64,000 bases of DNA from a virus. How positions within the stretch are numbered: position 1 is the first letter of the stretch; each line of letters opens with the position of its first letter. This document shows positions 11,601 through 22,000 of this stretch, one piece after another. Under the pieces are notes generated by a model. That model ran no database searches. It worked only from the letters and a program-made list of their open reading frames with translations, and was not told the origin of the DNA. Where the stretch lies: positions 19,218-83,217 of the IMG/VR virus record IMGVR_UViG_3300008267_000023. One strand, given 5' to 3'. A program made the translations under genes and the position numbers.

Positions 11601-11975
11601 GAATCGACTCTTCCATCTGCAGGAGTTTCAACAGTAACTCTTGCACAGAATCTAAATAATACAGTAAGTTTTGGAACAACTGCATATTTCTCTAGAATAA
11701 GTTTACAACTTGCTTCTTCTCATGCATTTGAATTTATTGGTTCAGGTACAGAGATATTAAAAGCAAAACCAGCACTTGGTGGAGTAACAATTCAAGAAAA
11801 TGAGGTTGTTAAACTGAATGGTGGTGATGTTGTTTATACAAGCACCGACCAAGCAGGAAACTTTAGAATTGGTGATGGAGTAACAATCAATCAGGCAACT
11901 GGTGCTGTTTCTGGTAGAGATTTCACAAAAGCATTATTCACAACAATGACCCCATTCATTCTTGCACTCTCATAA
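8613..11975 (+). CDS. tail fibre/spike protein with pectin-lyase-like beta-helix
   Basis: 1120 aa; GNDGNSG...TIKAA...PGDTIKVFPGYY; GPYIRNCTNF; GGIGVSITNGAYAQLVSIFT. Confidence 0.7.
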   Translation: MADRYPLIANPTSKQIEELAANDNLSLLGNSIVGASTITANQFIGNLAGSATTSTFLFSGANILSGIISPDRLNGFYPIGVSTANVLNNATNILSGTVPRARLGGDYDINITGTASTSTSLTNASNITGGIVPAARLSGVYNIDITGTAYQAVGAAASLTIFEQTDNQVQFLTYTKDFNKDTSAFVNPLGLVYNPGLNFVGIGTSVPTANLDVLGTLRTVGLTTSNNLFALVARIPTLQGVTSIDETTKNTIEVSLGLDVLNDLTVVGLSTFDALRVVGITTLNNVSVTGVATQVTANITNLNATRANISGVTTVFSVSVGSTQIISSSRQLQNLSGIDSTTAASFRADLGLNALTSINVTGLSTFQDVNVAGITTLNNVNVSGAATFQTINATTFLGSGAALSGIVTAIIPGIGVTINPVNGKGSVRIDAYKPIGKTIFVTQSGNDGNSGLTENDSKATIKAAAAIAMPGDTIKVFPGYYVENNPIVLSRNVAVEGTELRNCLVSPLNSDKDLFHVNNAVHITDLSFVGADSTNGAAVVAFQPLVGVSSNRFFDAARMIRMNLDFIANEAVGYLTSTSYKSPAFVVPTGNSKDCSDDIKDIFKAICHDITRGGNSKCVGAGKSYYSENTLQHITGTDTNGYSVKEATIDAIKYAVGIAFSCINNVSWNGNYQNTFTQVKDEGILPDPVTGSNKSIASCSNVLSAVNTCAGIVTTIIGAGSSILGVGINTTYPGNAGAGTTIPNHPSFSPGVGPILQGPYIRNCTNFIPKSIGMKVDGFAAEPGDKDDVGVTGSMSVDSYTQYNQGGIGVSITNGAYAQLVSIFTICCDTAIYTESGGQCDITNSNSSFGNYGLVSIGVGNNNTKSIYTLTGTASTTTTTGQNEVTISGIGSYRPYDGQVVYFDKLYYSVQEIQVTDGGSGYTAVPRVTIDAPTGPNGITAQASATVENGRVTTITVVTAGSQYDSLPNVTIQSPDSGTTATAQASRIDPIYYRILESTLPSAGVSTVTLAQNLNNTVSFGTTAYFSRISLQLASSHAFEFIGSGTEILKAKPALGGVTIQENEVVKLNGGDVVYTSTDQAGNFRIGDGVTINQATGAVSGRDFTKALFTTMTPFILALS

Positions 11976-11993
11976 TTAGGAGGAAACTAAAAA

Positions 11994-12350
11994 ATGGCAG
12001 TAGCAGCCGCAGCAGTTAATAATTTTAGAACTGTAACAAAGGTAGTAGGAGTTTCTACAGAAGTAATTTATGAAGCACCAGTTGGATTTGTTGGTGTTAT
12101 TCTTTTGGCACAATGTGCGAATATCAGTGGTTCTGAACAGACTTTAAGTTTATATCACAATAGAACAACTATCGGTTTCGGTACAGTAACAACTGAATTA
12201 CTAAAAGATTATCCTATTCCAGCAAATGATACTGCAAACCTCTTGTCTGGAAAATTAGTTATAGAAACTGGTGATACTCTTTCTATAAGTGGAAGTTCTG
12301 GAACAAATTTGAAATTCCTTTCCAGTATCCTTGAAACATTTAACCAATAA
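11994..12350 (+). CDS. small virion structural protein
   Basis: Beta-rich 118 aa (IYEAP...IPAND...KLVIETGD); strong AGGAGG RBS. Confidence 0.55.
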   Translation: MAVAAAAVNNFRTVTKVVGVSTEVIYEAPVGFVGVILLAQCANISGSEQTLSLYHNRTTIGFGTVTTELLKDYPIPANDTANLLSGKLVIETGDTLSISGSSGTNLKFLSSILETFNQ

Positions 12351-12355
12351 TAAAA

Positions 12356-14722
12356 ATGGCTGAGTATTTAAGTAATAGAGTAAAGAAAAAGTTTGGTACT
12401 GGTGTATCTACAACAAGATACGATTATTTGTCATTAGATCAAGCAGAACCAGATTTAGGTAATCCTTTAGTTGGTCCATCGTCAATTGGTGCAAAACCAT
12501 ATCCAAATGGTGGTGCTTATATACTTGCATCTTTTGCACAGACGGACAAATCTGATAGATATTGGGTTCCCCCATCTGCATTGTCTGGTCTTGGTCTTGG
12601 TGTTATTCCTGGTGCATTTACAATTAGAGATGAGAACGTTTTAGTTGGTGCAGCAAGTAGTTTTACAACTCTGAATTTTATTGGTCCAGGAGTTTCTGTT
12701 GATTTTGTTAGTGGTGATCCATCAGAGCAAACTGGAGTTGCAACAGTAAGAATTACCTCTCCCGCAGCAGGCACTTTAAGAAATATTCAATACCATGGAG
12801 CAGATGATCAATTAGCAGGATCTTCTAACTTTGTATTTGATTATTCAACAAATAGAGTTGGAATTGGTTCAACTCTTCCTGGTGTTGCATTAGATATTGG
12901 ACAAGGTGCAATTAGAGGTACTGGAATCTCAACCTTAACAACTCTATTCTCAAACTCAGTAACTTCAAATACACTCTTAATTAATAGTACAGCATCTTTT
13001 AATACAATATCGATTGGAAGCACCGAAGTAGTTAGTTCCTCCAGACAACTAAGAAATATTGCTTCTCTTGACGCAACTACAACTGCAACTATTGAGGCAG
13101 CAATTGCAAATGCACCAAATGCATTTACCGATTTAACTGTTACTGGGGTATCGACGTTTAATGGTTTGGTAGTTGCAAATGGTGGACTTCAAATTGGTGG
13201 AGGATCGAGTTTAGCTAGTCTTTCTGTAAGTGGAATATCAACATTTGGATATATCCAGGCAACAGGGATTAATGTTAGTGGTGTCACAACAACAAGTTCC
13301 TTGTCTGCAACAAATGCAAATATTTCTGGAATTGCGACAATTGGAATTGCAACAGTAGGCACAATAAATGCTACTAACTCGCAAATTACTTCCATAAAAG
13401 GTGCAGATGCAGCTATTACTGGAATAACTACAACAAATGATTTAAAAGCAAAGTATGCTAATGTTTCTACTGCTGGCACAATAGCAAATTTCTTTGCAAC
13501 AAATGCTACTGTATCTGGATTGACTTCCACTGGAAGTGTTTATACAAATACAGTAACAACAACTTCAAATGTTTCTATTGGTGGAAGTTTAACTGTAGAC
13601 ACTAACACTTTAATAGTAGATTCTGTAGCAAATGGAGTCGGATTAGGCACAACTCCAGGACATAGACTTCATGTTCAAGGTGATTTTAGAGTTAGTGATT
13701 TAGTTTATGTAAGTAATGGGAGAGGAATTACTGGACAAGTTTTAATTTCACAAGGTCCAAATCCTCCAGTATGGGGAGCACCAGATGCAGTTACTGTCGG
13801 TGCTGCACAATCTATCTACTTAACAAACAATAATACAAATTCTACTCACTTTTTAACTTTTTCAGAATCAAGTTCCGAAGTTGGTTATTTGAATGTAGAT
13901 ACTAATGGATTGGTCTATAATCCATCTACAAATAGATTGGGAATTGGAAGTACATCTCCAGCATTTAATGTTGACGTTTTAGGAGATGTAAATTTTACAG
14001 GAACTTTATATCAAAATGGTGAATTATATGTTGCATCAAGATGGGCAATTAATGAATCAAATAGCAATATTTGGAGACTCAGTGGAAATGTAGGTGTTGG
14101 AACTAGTGCATTAAATCATAAATTTACTGTAAAAGGAAATACATTATTAGATGGAATTACTTTTATTAATGATGGTTATCTAAAAGTTGGTGTTATAACT
14201 GCTTCAAATATTCATGTTGGAAGTGCAGGAACAATTGTTTCTGTTTCGGAGACTACCAGAAGAGTTGGATTGGGTACAACAGAACCACGTTCTACTCTTG
14301 AAATTGTCGGTGAAGGAAGAATTAATGGTGTAGCCCATTTTGAGGGATCTATAACTGAAAAAATTACCAATACATTCAATACCAACATCCCTTCAACAAA
14401 TGGTGTGATGACCATTGATGCAAGTGCAGGAACAGTTGTTGTTGGCATTTTAACAGAAGCAGTTTCCACTTGGGCATTTACTGGTGTTAATACAGAAGCA
14501 GCAAAAGCAACAACAGTTACTTTAATTATTGATTCAAACTCACTTTTGGGTTATGGTGAAACATGTATAGTAAATGGAACAAACATTTCAGGTGGGGTTA
14601 GATGGGGTGGTGGTATTGCACCACTACCAACTAACAATGAAGATATCCTAAGTTTCACTATTGCAACTGACTCTACTGGAACCATTCGTGTCTATGGTTC
14701 TTCTGCACTCAACTTTAGTTAA
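12356..14722 (+). CDS. tail fibre protein
   Basis: Repeated GVSTF/GITT and RVGIGSTxP fibre motifs. Confidence 0.7.
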   Translation: MAEYLSNRVKKKFGTGVSTTRYDYLSLDQAEPDLGNPLVGPSSIGAKPYPNGGAYILASFAQTDKSDRYWVPPSALSGLGLGVIPGAFTIRDENVLVGAASSFTTLNFIGPGVSVDFVSGDPSEQTGVATVRITSPAAGTLRNIQYHGADDQLAGSSNFVFDYSTNRVGIGSTLPGVALDIGQGAIRGTGISTLTTLFSNSVTSNTLLINSTASFNTISIGSTEVVSSSRQLRNIASLDATTTATIEAAIANAPNAFTDLTVTGVSTFNGLVVANGGLQIGGGSSLASLSVSGISTFGYIQATGINVSGVTTTSSLSATNANISGIATIGIATVGTINATNSQITSIKGADAAITGITTTNDLKAKYANVSTAGTIANFFATNATVSGLTSTGSVYTNTVTTTSNVSIGGSLTVDTNTLIVDSVANGVGLGTTPGHRLHVQGDFRVSDLVYVSNGRGITGQVLISQGPNPPVWGAPDAVTVGAAQSIYLTNNNTNSTHFLTFSESSSEVGYLNVDTNGLVYNPSTNRLGIGSTSPAFNVDVLGDVNFTGTLYQNGELYVASRWAINESNSNIWRLSGNVGVGTSALNHKFTVKGNTLLDGITFINDGYLKVGVITASNIHVGSAGTIVSVSETTRRVGLGTTEPRSTLEIVGEGRINGVAHFEGSITEKITNTFNTNIPSTNGVMTIDASAGTVVVGILTEAVSTWAFTGVNTEAAKATTVTLIIDSNSLLGYGETCIVNGTNISGGVRWGGGIAPLPTNNEDILSFTIATDSTGTIRVYGSSALNFS

Positions 14723-14737
14723 TATTTTTTATAAATT

Positions 14738-15307
14738 ATGCCTAATTCATTTGGTGTTGCAAAAGCATTTCGTTCTGGTGAATTTCGTGACCCAGGAGTT
14801 AAATATGGTAATTTTTTCGTTTTTAACTACTTGGTCACGACTGGTGCTGACTTAGATATTAGAGCATCACTCTTAGACCCATCTGGAACATCTGCAGTTC
14901 TTGGATGGGGTAGAGATAATGTAATAAGTAAAAATGGAATTACCTTTGCATACTGGGGAGGTGATAATACAGGGGTTGGTGTAGAAGCAATCTATATCGA
15001 TAAAGCAAAGTTTTTACAAGCATTTCCCACAGCAACTTCTTTTACTTTAGATTTGAGATGTTTCTGGAACGCTATTATTGGAAATGAAGTTATTGTTAGC
15101 ATGGATGCATACCAGGGAGGAGCAATGGTATTGAATAACACAACACACACTTTCAGTAATCCAACTGCTACAAATACTTTCCCTTCATCTAAATCAATCA
15201 GAAGAACTATTGAGTTTCAATCATCAAACGTTGATACGGATGGACAAAGACACTCAAGGGTAATTGTTGATTTCACTGCAGAAACCATTACATACTTTGC
15301 CAATTGA
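14738..15307 (+). CDS. hypothetical protein, probably fibre-associated
   Basis: ORF follows the fibre gene; GADLD...WGGDNTGVGVE motif. Confidence 0.5.
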   Translation: MPNSFGVAKAFRSGEFRDPGVKYGNFFVFNYLVTTGADLDIRASLLDPSGTSAVLGWGRDNVISKNGITFAYWGGDNTGVGVEAIYIDKAKFLQAFPTATSFTLDLRCFWNAIIGNEVIVSMDAYQGGAMVLNNTTHTFSNPTATNTFPSSKSIRRTIEFQSSNVDTDGQRHSRVIVDFTAETITYFAN

Positions 15308-15354
15308 TGAACTGTCCATGACCATTTGACAAACCAGTGTTTTAGTGCTATAAT
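15298..15354 (+). promoter_or_regulatory. sigma70-like early promoter with upstream dyad motif
   Basis: TTGACA (15326)-17 bp-TATAAT (15349) with extended TG; upstream GCCAATT..AACTGTCCA. Confidence 0.85.
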
Positions 15355-15380
15355 GTATATGGAATAAGACACTAAATTTA

Positions 15381-15560
15381 ATGATTATCTCTAGAGATGT
15401 TTTGGATGACCTCAGGGGAATGCAAGAAGACATGGCAGAGCATTTTGCCGATGAAAATTTTCCAATTAGTGGGGAAACTTATTGGACTTGCGTTCAGTGT
15501 CTTGCTGAAGCAAAACTTGCTGAACTAAGAGGAGAACTCGTTTATGATAATGAAAATTGA
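15381..15560 (+). CDS. hypothetical protein (59 aa, not in the ORF track)
   Basis: MIISRDVLDDLRGMQED...; first ORF after the promoter. Confidence 0.6.
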   Translation: MIISRDVLDDLRGMQEDMAEHFADENFPISGETYWTCVQCLAEAKLAELRGELVYDNEN

Positions 15561-15750
15561 TTATCACCAATTAAAAGATATTATTGTGAAAACAACTCCC
15601 GAAAACGTTAAAGAAGCAAACGAGGGATTATTCAATTGCACAATGACTTTACCTGCTGCTGCTAAGCATTGTGGAATGACTAAAAAAGAAATGAAACTGA
15701 CGTTCTTTGAATACATAAAGTATCACCCACCAACCTACAGCAATTTTTAA
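15550..15750 (+). CDS. hypothetical protein, HTH-like
   Basis: MTLPAAAKHCGMTKKEM helix-turn-helix-like segment. Confidence 0.55.
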   Translation: MKIDYHQLKDIIVKTTPENVKEANEGLFNCTMTLPAAAKHCGMTKKEMKLTFFEYIKYHPPTYSNF

Positions 15751-15776
15751 ATAAATACATTGTAGTGGGATGTATA

Positions 15777-16040
15777 ATGAAATACAAAATCTCGTCAAAC
15801 TATTGCTACCATGATGGTATAATAGTTGATATGTATTTTATAAATGGAATCCCATTTACGTTTGATGACATTCCAACATTAATGCAAGAAGATCCGTATA
15901 TTCAAGTAGAAGCAGAAGGAAATCTTGATTATACTTCAGAAGATTTGTATATGTGGTCAAACTATCTAATTATGGAAGAATGTCATCCTCTCATGTTTGA
16001 ATTGGATTTAGAAAATCCAGAGGAATTACCTTGTGATTGA
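15777..16040 (+). CDS. hypothetical protein
   Basis: Acidic ORF behind late-type TAAATA. Confidence 0.55.
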   Translation: MKYKISSNYCYHDGIIVDMYFINGIPFTFDDIPTLMQEDPYIQVEAEGNLDYTSEDLYMWSNYLIMEECHPLMFELDLENPEELPCD

Positions 16041-16099
16041 TAATCATAGTGCATTTTTGATAGCTAAATAACTTAAGATTAAGTTACTGTAGTTATAAA

Positions 16100-19000
16100 A
16101 TGCCTCTTTCAAGGTTAGAGAATTTTCTCAAGAATGCTGAAGGTAATATCCTTTATGTAAATCCATCTGATTTTGATGCTACTGATAGTTTTGAGAATCA
16201 AGGTAACTCCTTGTCAAGACCATTCAAGACTATTCAAAGGGCATTAATAGAAGCAGCAAGATTTTCATATCAACAAGGAAAAAATAACGATAGAATTGAT
16301 AGAACAACAATTCTTGTTTATCCAGGAACCCACTATATTGATAATAGACCTGGATATTCAATTGAAGAAATCAATGGAAATGCCGTTTACAAGAAGAGAA
16401 CTGGTCCATCTACTTGGGAAGAAACCACGTTAGACCAATTTGGTCTAACAACAAATTATGATATTTTGGATCCAGGTAATGACCTTTATAAGTATAACTC
16501 AGTACTTGGTGGTGTAATTCTCCCTCGTGGTACTTCCATTATTGGATTAGACCTAAGAAAAACAAAAATTCGTCCTTTGTTCGTTCCAAATCCAAAGGAT
16601 GATAATGTAGATAATACAAGTATTTTCAATGTTACTGGTACTTGCTACTTTACTGCATTCAGTATTTTTGATGCTGATCCAACAAAAACAGTATTCTTAG
16701 ATTATAGTCAAGCAAAAGTAGTTCCTAATTTTTCTCACCACAAATTAGTATCATTTGCTTATGCTGATGGTGTTAATAAGGTAAAACTAGGAAATTACCA
16801 GACTTATATCACCGACCTTGATATGTATTATTACAAGGTCGCAAAGGCATATGGGGATATAACAGGAAGAGGTTTAGTAGATTTCCCAGTAGGAAAAGAT
16901 TTTGAACCTTCTGTTGATGAATTTAGAATCGTTGGTTCTTTAGATCCAAATCCACTTGGTATTTCTAGTATTCGTGCTGGAAATGGTGATGGAACTGGAA
17001 ATCTAAACGTAATCACAGTAACTACTTCGAATAAGCAATCGGGAGAAACAACACCACACAACTTATTTGTTGACAGTCCATTCTTGATTAATGGTGTTAC
17101 AATTGACTCAGAATCTTATAATGGGTCATTTACTGTAAAAGAAGTTGTTGGAATCAATACCTTCACATTTACAACCAATTCTGCCCCAACAGAATATTTA
17201 CCTAATTTAAATGATATTGATACTGCATCACTTACTATTGGATCAGATACGGTAAGTTCTGCATCACCATATATCTTTAACTGTTCATTGCGTTCTGTTT
17301 ATGGAATGTGTGGACTTCATGCAGATGGAAACAGAGCAACAGGATTTAAATCAATTGTTGTTGCACAATATACTGGTGTAGCTCTACAAAAGGATAATAA
17401 TGCATTCATCCTTTATGATAATGGTATTTTCTATGATGAAAATACTCTTCCAGCAAATAGTCTAGAAAAACCATTACATACAAATTCCAGAGCAATCTTC
17501 AAACCATCTTATGAGAATTATCACATAAGAGCATCAAATAACGCATTCATTCAAGCAGTTTCTGTATTTGCTATTGGTTTCTCAAGGCATTTCTTAACAG
17601 AGTCTGGTGCTGACATGTCAATCACCAACTCCAACTCAAACTTTGGTAATACTTCATTAGAATCTATTGGATTTAAACCAGAATCTTTTGATAGAGATGA
17701 TACTGGTTATATTACTCACGTTATACCACCAAGAGAAGTAGTAGTAGAAGAAAATGAAGTTACCTGGTTATCTTTAGATGCAGTAAAGATAATCAATTCT
17801 GTAAGTTCTGATAGACTATACATCTATGGTGCAAATAACTCTGAAATAGTTCCAGCATTCCAAGTAGATGGTTATAGAATTGGAGCAAGAGATGATGATA
17901 AATTATATTTAACTATTACAATAGGAACTGCACAGACTACTTATAGTAGTCCAATATTAATGCCAGTTTCTGGTGGAACTGGATTAACTTCCAAAAAAGA
18001 ATATAAAGTAACTAGAGTTAATGGGCAGAACAATATTGTCAATAATATATTGTCATTTACCACTAATCACCAGTTAATTAATGGTGAAAAAATTAGAATC
18101 TTTAGTGACACTGGACAAACACCAGATGGAATTGAAAATGAGGGAATTTACTATGCAATTACAACGGGTGTTGGTGCAAACCAGATAAAACTGGCACAAT
18201 CACTCAATGATGCCATTGCAAATGTCCCAATTCTTGGACTATCAAATACTGGTGGTGTCCTAAAAGTAGTCAGTAGAGTTTCAGATAAACTTCCAGGAGA
18301 AATTGCTCACCCAATTCAGTTTGATTCTACCGAAACTAACTGGTATGTTACTGGTTCAACATTAGTAGATCAAAATCAAATTTATAATGCAATCGTTGGA
18401 ATTGGAACTTCTGTTATTGGAACTGAGACATCATCTACTTTCATTAAGAGAAGACTAGATAATCGTTCCATTGACGACAAAATCTATAAGCTTCGTTATG
18501 TAATTCCAAAAGAATACGAAAATGCAAAGCAACCAGAAGCAGGTTATGTAATTCAAGAGTCAAAAACTGTTGGTGTAAGTAGTCTTTCATACACTAATGA
18601 TACTCTATTGAGTGCAAAAGATTTAAGAAACGAAAAGGTCATCTCAAATGCTTCTGCTGGTTCAATTATTAATAATAATCAAATAATCACAATAACCTCT
18701 GAACTTCCACATGGTCTATCTGCTGGAGATTCAGTAAAAATTCAGAAAGTACGTAGTATTAATAATTCGGATGCAGCTGGAATTGTTTCAACATACAATG
18801 GTGTTTACACGGTTGATTCTGTATTAAATTCTAAGCAATTCCAATACACAATCAGTGGTGTTTCCACTAATCCTGGAACATTCAGCAACGATATTAATTC
18901 AAGAAACACTAGACAACAAAGAGAAGCACTCCCAGTATTCTCAAGAGATTCTTACAAAAATACCTTCTTCATCTATCGTGTATCTCAAGTAAAGAGACAC

Positions 19001-22000
19001 ATTCCTGGTGCAGATGGTCAGGATGGAATTTATCATTTAATTTGCCTAAGTTCAAATGTTGCACCATCAAGTAATGTAGGTTTCAATCTTGACAAAAAAC
19101 AATTTAATCAAGATGTAAAAAATCTTTATCCACAATTAGATAGGGATAATTTTGACACAAACCCAAAAGCAACAGTAAGTTATGCCGACCTAGAAGTATT
19201 AGGAAAAATTATTACTAGTGATAAGAGAAACTCAATTACACGAGAAGCAGTAAATTTCTTTGCTAAAAATGCTAAAATTGGTTATGGGTTGACAGCAGTT
19301 ACTTTAAGTGGAGTTGGAAATACTACCATAACAGTTAATACTGATGTTCAGCATAACTTAAATTCAATTAAGAGTTTTACTTTTACTCCTGGATCTGGTT
19401 ATCCAGCATCTCAGACATTATATTCTAAGCAACTTTTCCCAATTATTTCAAGTGGAGAAGGTGCTACAGTCAAGGTAACCACTGATCCATCTGGAAACAT
19501 TTCCAATGTTGAACTATTAGATGCTGGATCTGCTTACAGTGTAAATGATACTCTAAGTATCCCAGGAGGAGGAACAGCAAGCGTAGTAACGGTTACTGGA
19601 ATCAACAACAATAATAATACTGTTATTGAATTGAATGGATTCTCATCCGAAGACCTCAATAATGTATTTAAGATACAAACAATTTCAGATGCAAAATCTT
19701 TTGTACTTGCTGCCCCAACTGGTATCAGTACATATGAACCAAACACAAATGGAGAATTGCCTTATGCACTTGTCTCTGGTGAAGCATATGGAATCACATC
19801 ATCAGTTGTAAGTGACATAAGAACAGGAATTGTAACCTATACAACTTCTTCTGCTCACGGATTACTACCTGGAAATAAGGTTAGAATTGTACAAACAGGT
19901 TCTTCTATACTGAATGGTGAATTTGTTGTTCGTGAATCTGTAGGAATTAATACATTTACTATAGTTGCTTATGGTTTAACACAAACGGCATATTCATCAA
20001 CTGGTAGTGCATTAAAGAGAACATTATCACCAAATGCTAGAAATATTGGAAGAGGTGAAGAAAATCTCGGTTCTCGTGCTTCTACAATATACGATAAAAT
20101 TACAGTATACACTGACCAAATTTTTGATGGAAGCAGCAATACAATTAGTTTTGCTGACCCAACACCAGTAAAGAGAGGAGATTACTACACAATTAATTCT
20201 GAAATAATCAGAATTGCAAGTGCCTCAAATCCATTTACTGTTCTTAGAGGACAATTTGGTACGTTTAAGAATACTTCCCCAGTTGGATCTGCTGCAAGAA
20301 AAATAAAACTAATCCCAGCAGAGGTTAGAAGACCGTCATTCATGAGAGCTTCTGGTCATACATTTGAATACCTAGGTTTCGGTCCTGGTAACTATTCAAC
20401 TGGTATGCCACAAAGACAGAACAGAATTCTGTCTGAGGATGAAGTACTAACATCTCAAGCAAAAGAACAAAGAGGTGGTTCAGTAGTTTATACTGGAATG
20501 AACGACCTTGGTGAATTTTTCTCTGGAAGTAAGAAATTAAGTTCTGCAACTGGAGAGGAAAGTGTAATTGAAGCACCAATCTTAACTTATACTGGTGACG
20601 ACTCTCAAGGTGAGTCTGCAACAGTATCAAGTGGAATTTTCGATGAACTTCTTGTTCGACAAAGACTTACTGTTGAGGGTGGTGAAAATAATAACCAAGC
20701 GTCACAATTCTACGGTCCAGTAAACTTCACTCAGAAGGTAACTAACTTATCTGATTTTGGTATTGAGACAAAGAATTTATTACTCAAAGGAACAGCAGCA
20801 CAATCTAAGTTGATTACAGTTGGAATCTCAACTCCAACATCATTAACGATATCCGCACCACGTTCTGGTGATATTTCACTTCTTTCTAATCCTTCTAGTT
20901 ATATTGGTCATGTAAGAGTCAATAATGAATGGAGACCTTTTGGTTTAATTAGTAGACAACCAGATACTCTAGATATCAGAACTGATAGATTACATGTCAA
21001 TACAGTAGGGAATAGTTCATTTGATTTTGAAGTTCGTGGTGAATCAAAAGTACAAAATCTAATAGTTGATGGTCAAGTTGTTTTTACCCAACCACAAAGT
21101 TTGGGTAATGTGACATTCCAGAATGCAACTATTCAAAGAACAGCAATATTCACTGGATTGGGATTAGATCCAATTACTGGACTAACCTCCTCATATACAC
21201 AAGTCCACTTAGCAGGAATTTCACTTCTAAATGACTTAGAAGTTACTGGAATATCCACATTTGCTGGAAGAGTAGATTTTAATTCTAATATTTTTGGTGT
21301 TGGTGCAAAGTTTGGAAATATTCGTATTGGTGTTCGTGATGATAATACCATTGATACTGTTATTGGTGATTTAACAATTGATAGTGATTCTGGTACAACT
21401 AAAATTATCGATAATTTAGTTGTTAATGGCACATCTATTGAATTAAATACTGGAAGTGAAGTATCAATTGGTGGTACTATAACATCAAGACTGAATAATT
21501 CAAGAACATTTGATATTGGTATTGGAAATACGGATGGTGTTACTTCTATTTCACTACATGGTGATGATAGACTGTATGCAAATGGTGGTTTAATTGCTAG
21601 AAAAAATGCAGATCAAAGTTCTGAAATCATTCATAGAGGTGTATCTAAACTATCAATTAATGCATTAGATAGTGGTAGTGAAGTTTCTATTTTAACAGGA
21701 AATACAGAAAGAGTTCTTGTTGGCACCTCTGGAACAGTAACAATTTTCCAAAATAATTCTGGAACTGAACTAAAAGGAAATCATCTTAAGTTGACTCAAG
21801 ATGGTACTGGGGATGTTGCTTTATCTTGGGATATTACAAACAATAATGCAAACCGTCGTTGGTATGCTGGTATTGATGTAAGTGATAATTATTCTTGGAA
21901 ACTTGCAAATCCTGAAGCAACTCTTGCATATGGTTCAGAGAGTTTTGATAATCCATCAGAAACCAAATTAAAGATTTCTGGAAATGGTGATGCCATCATT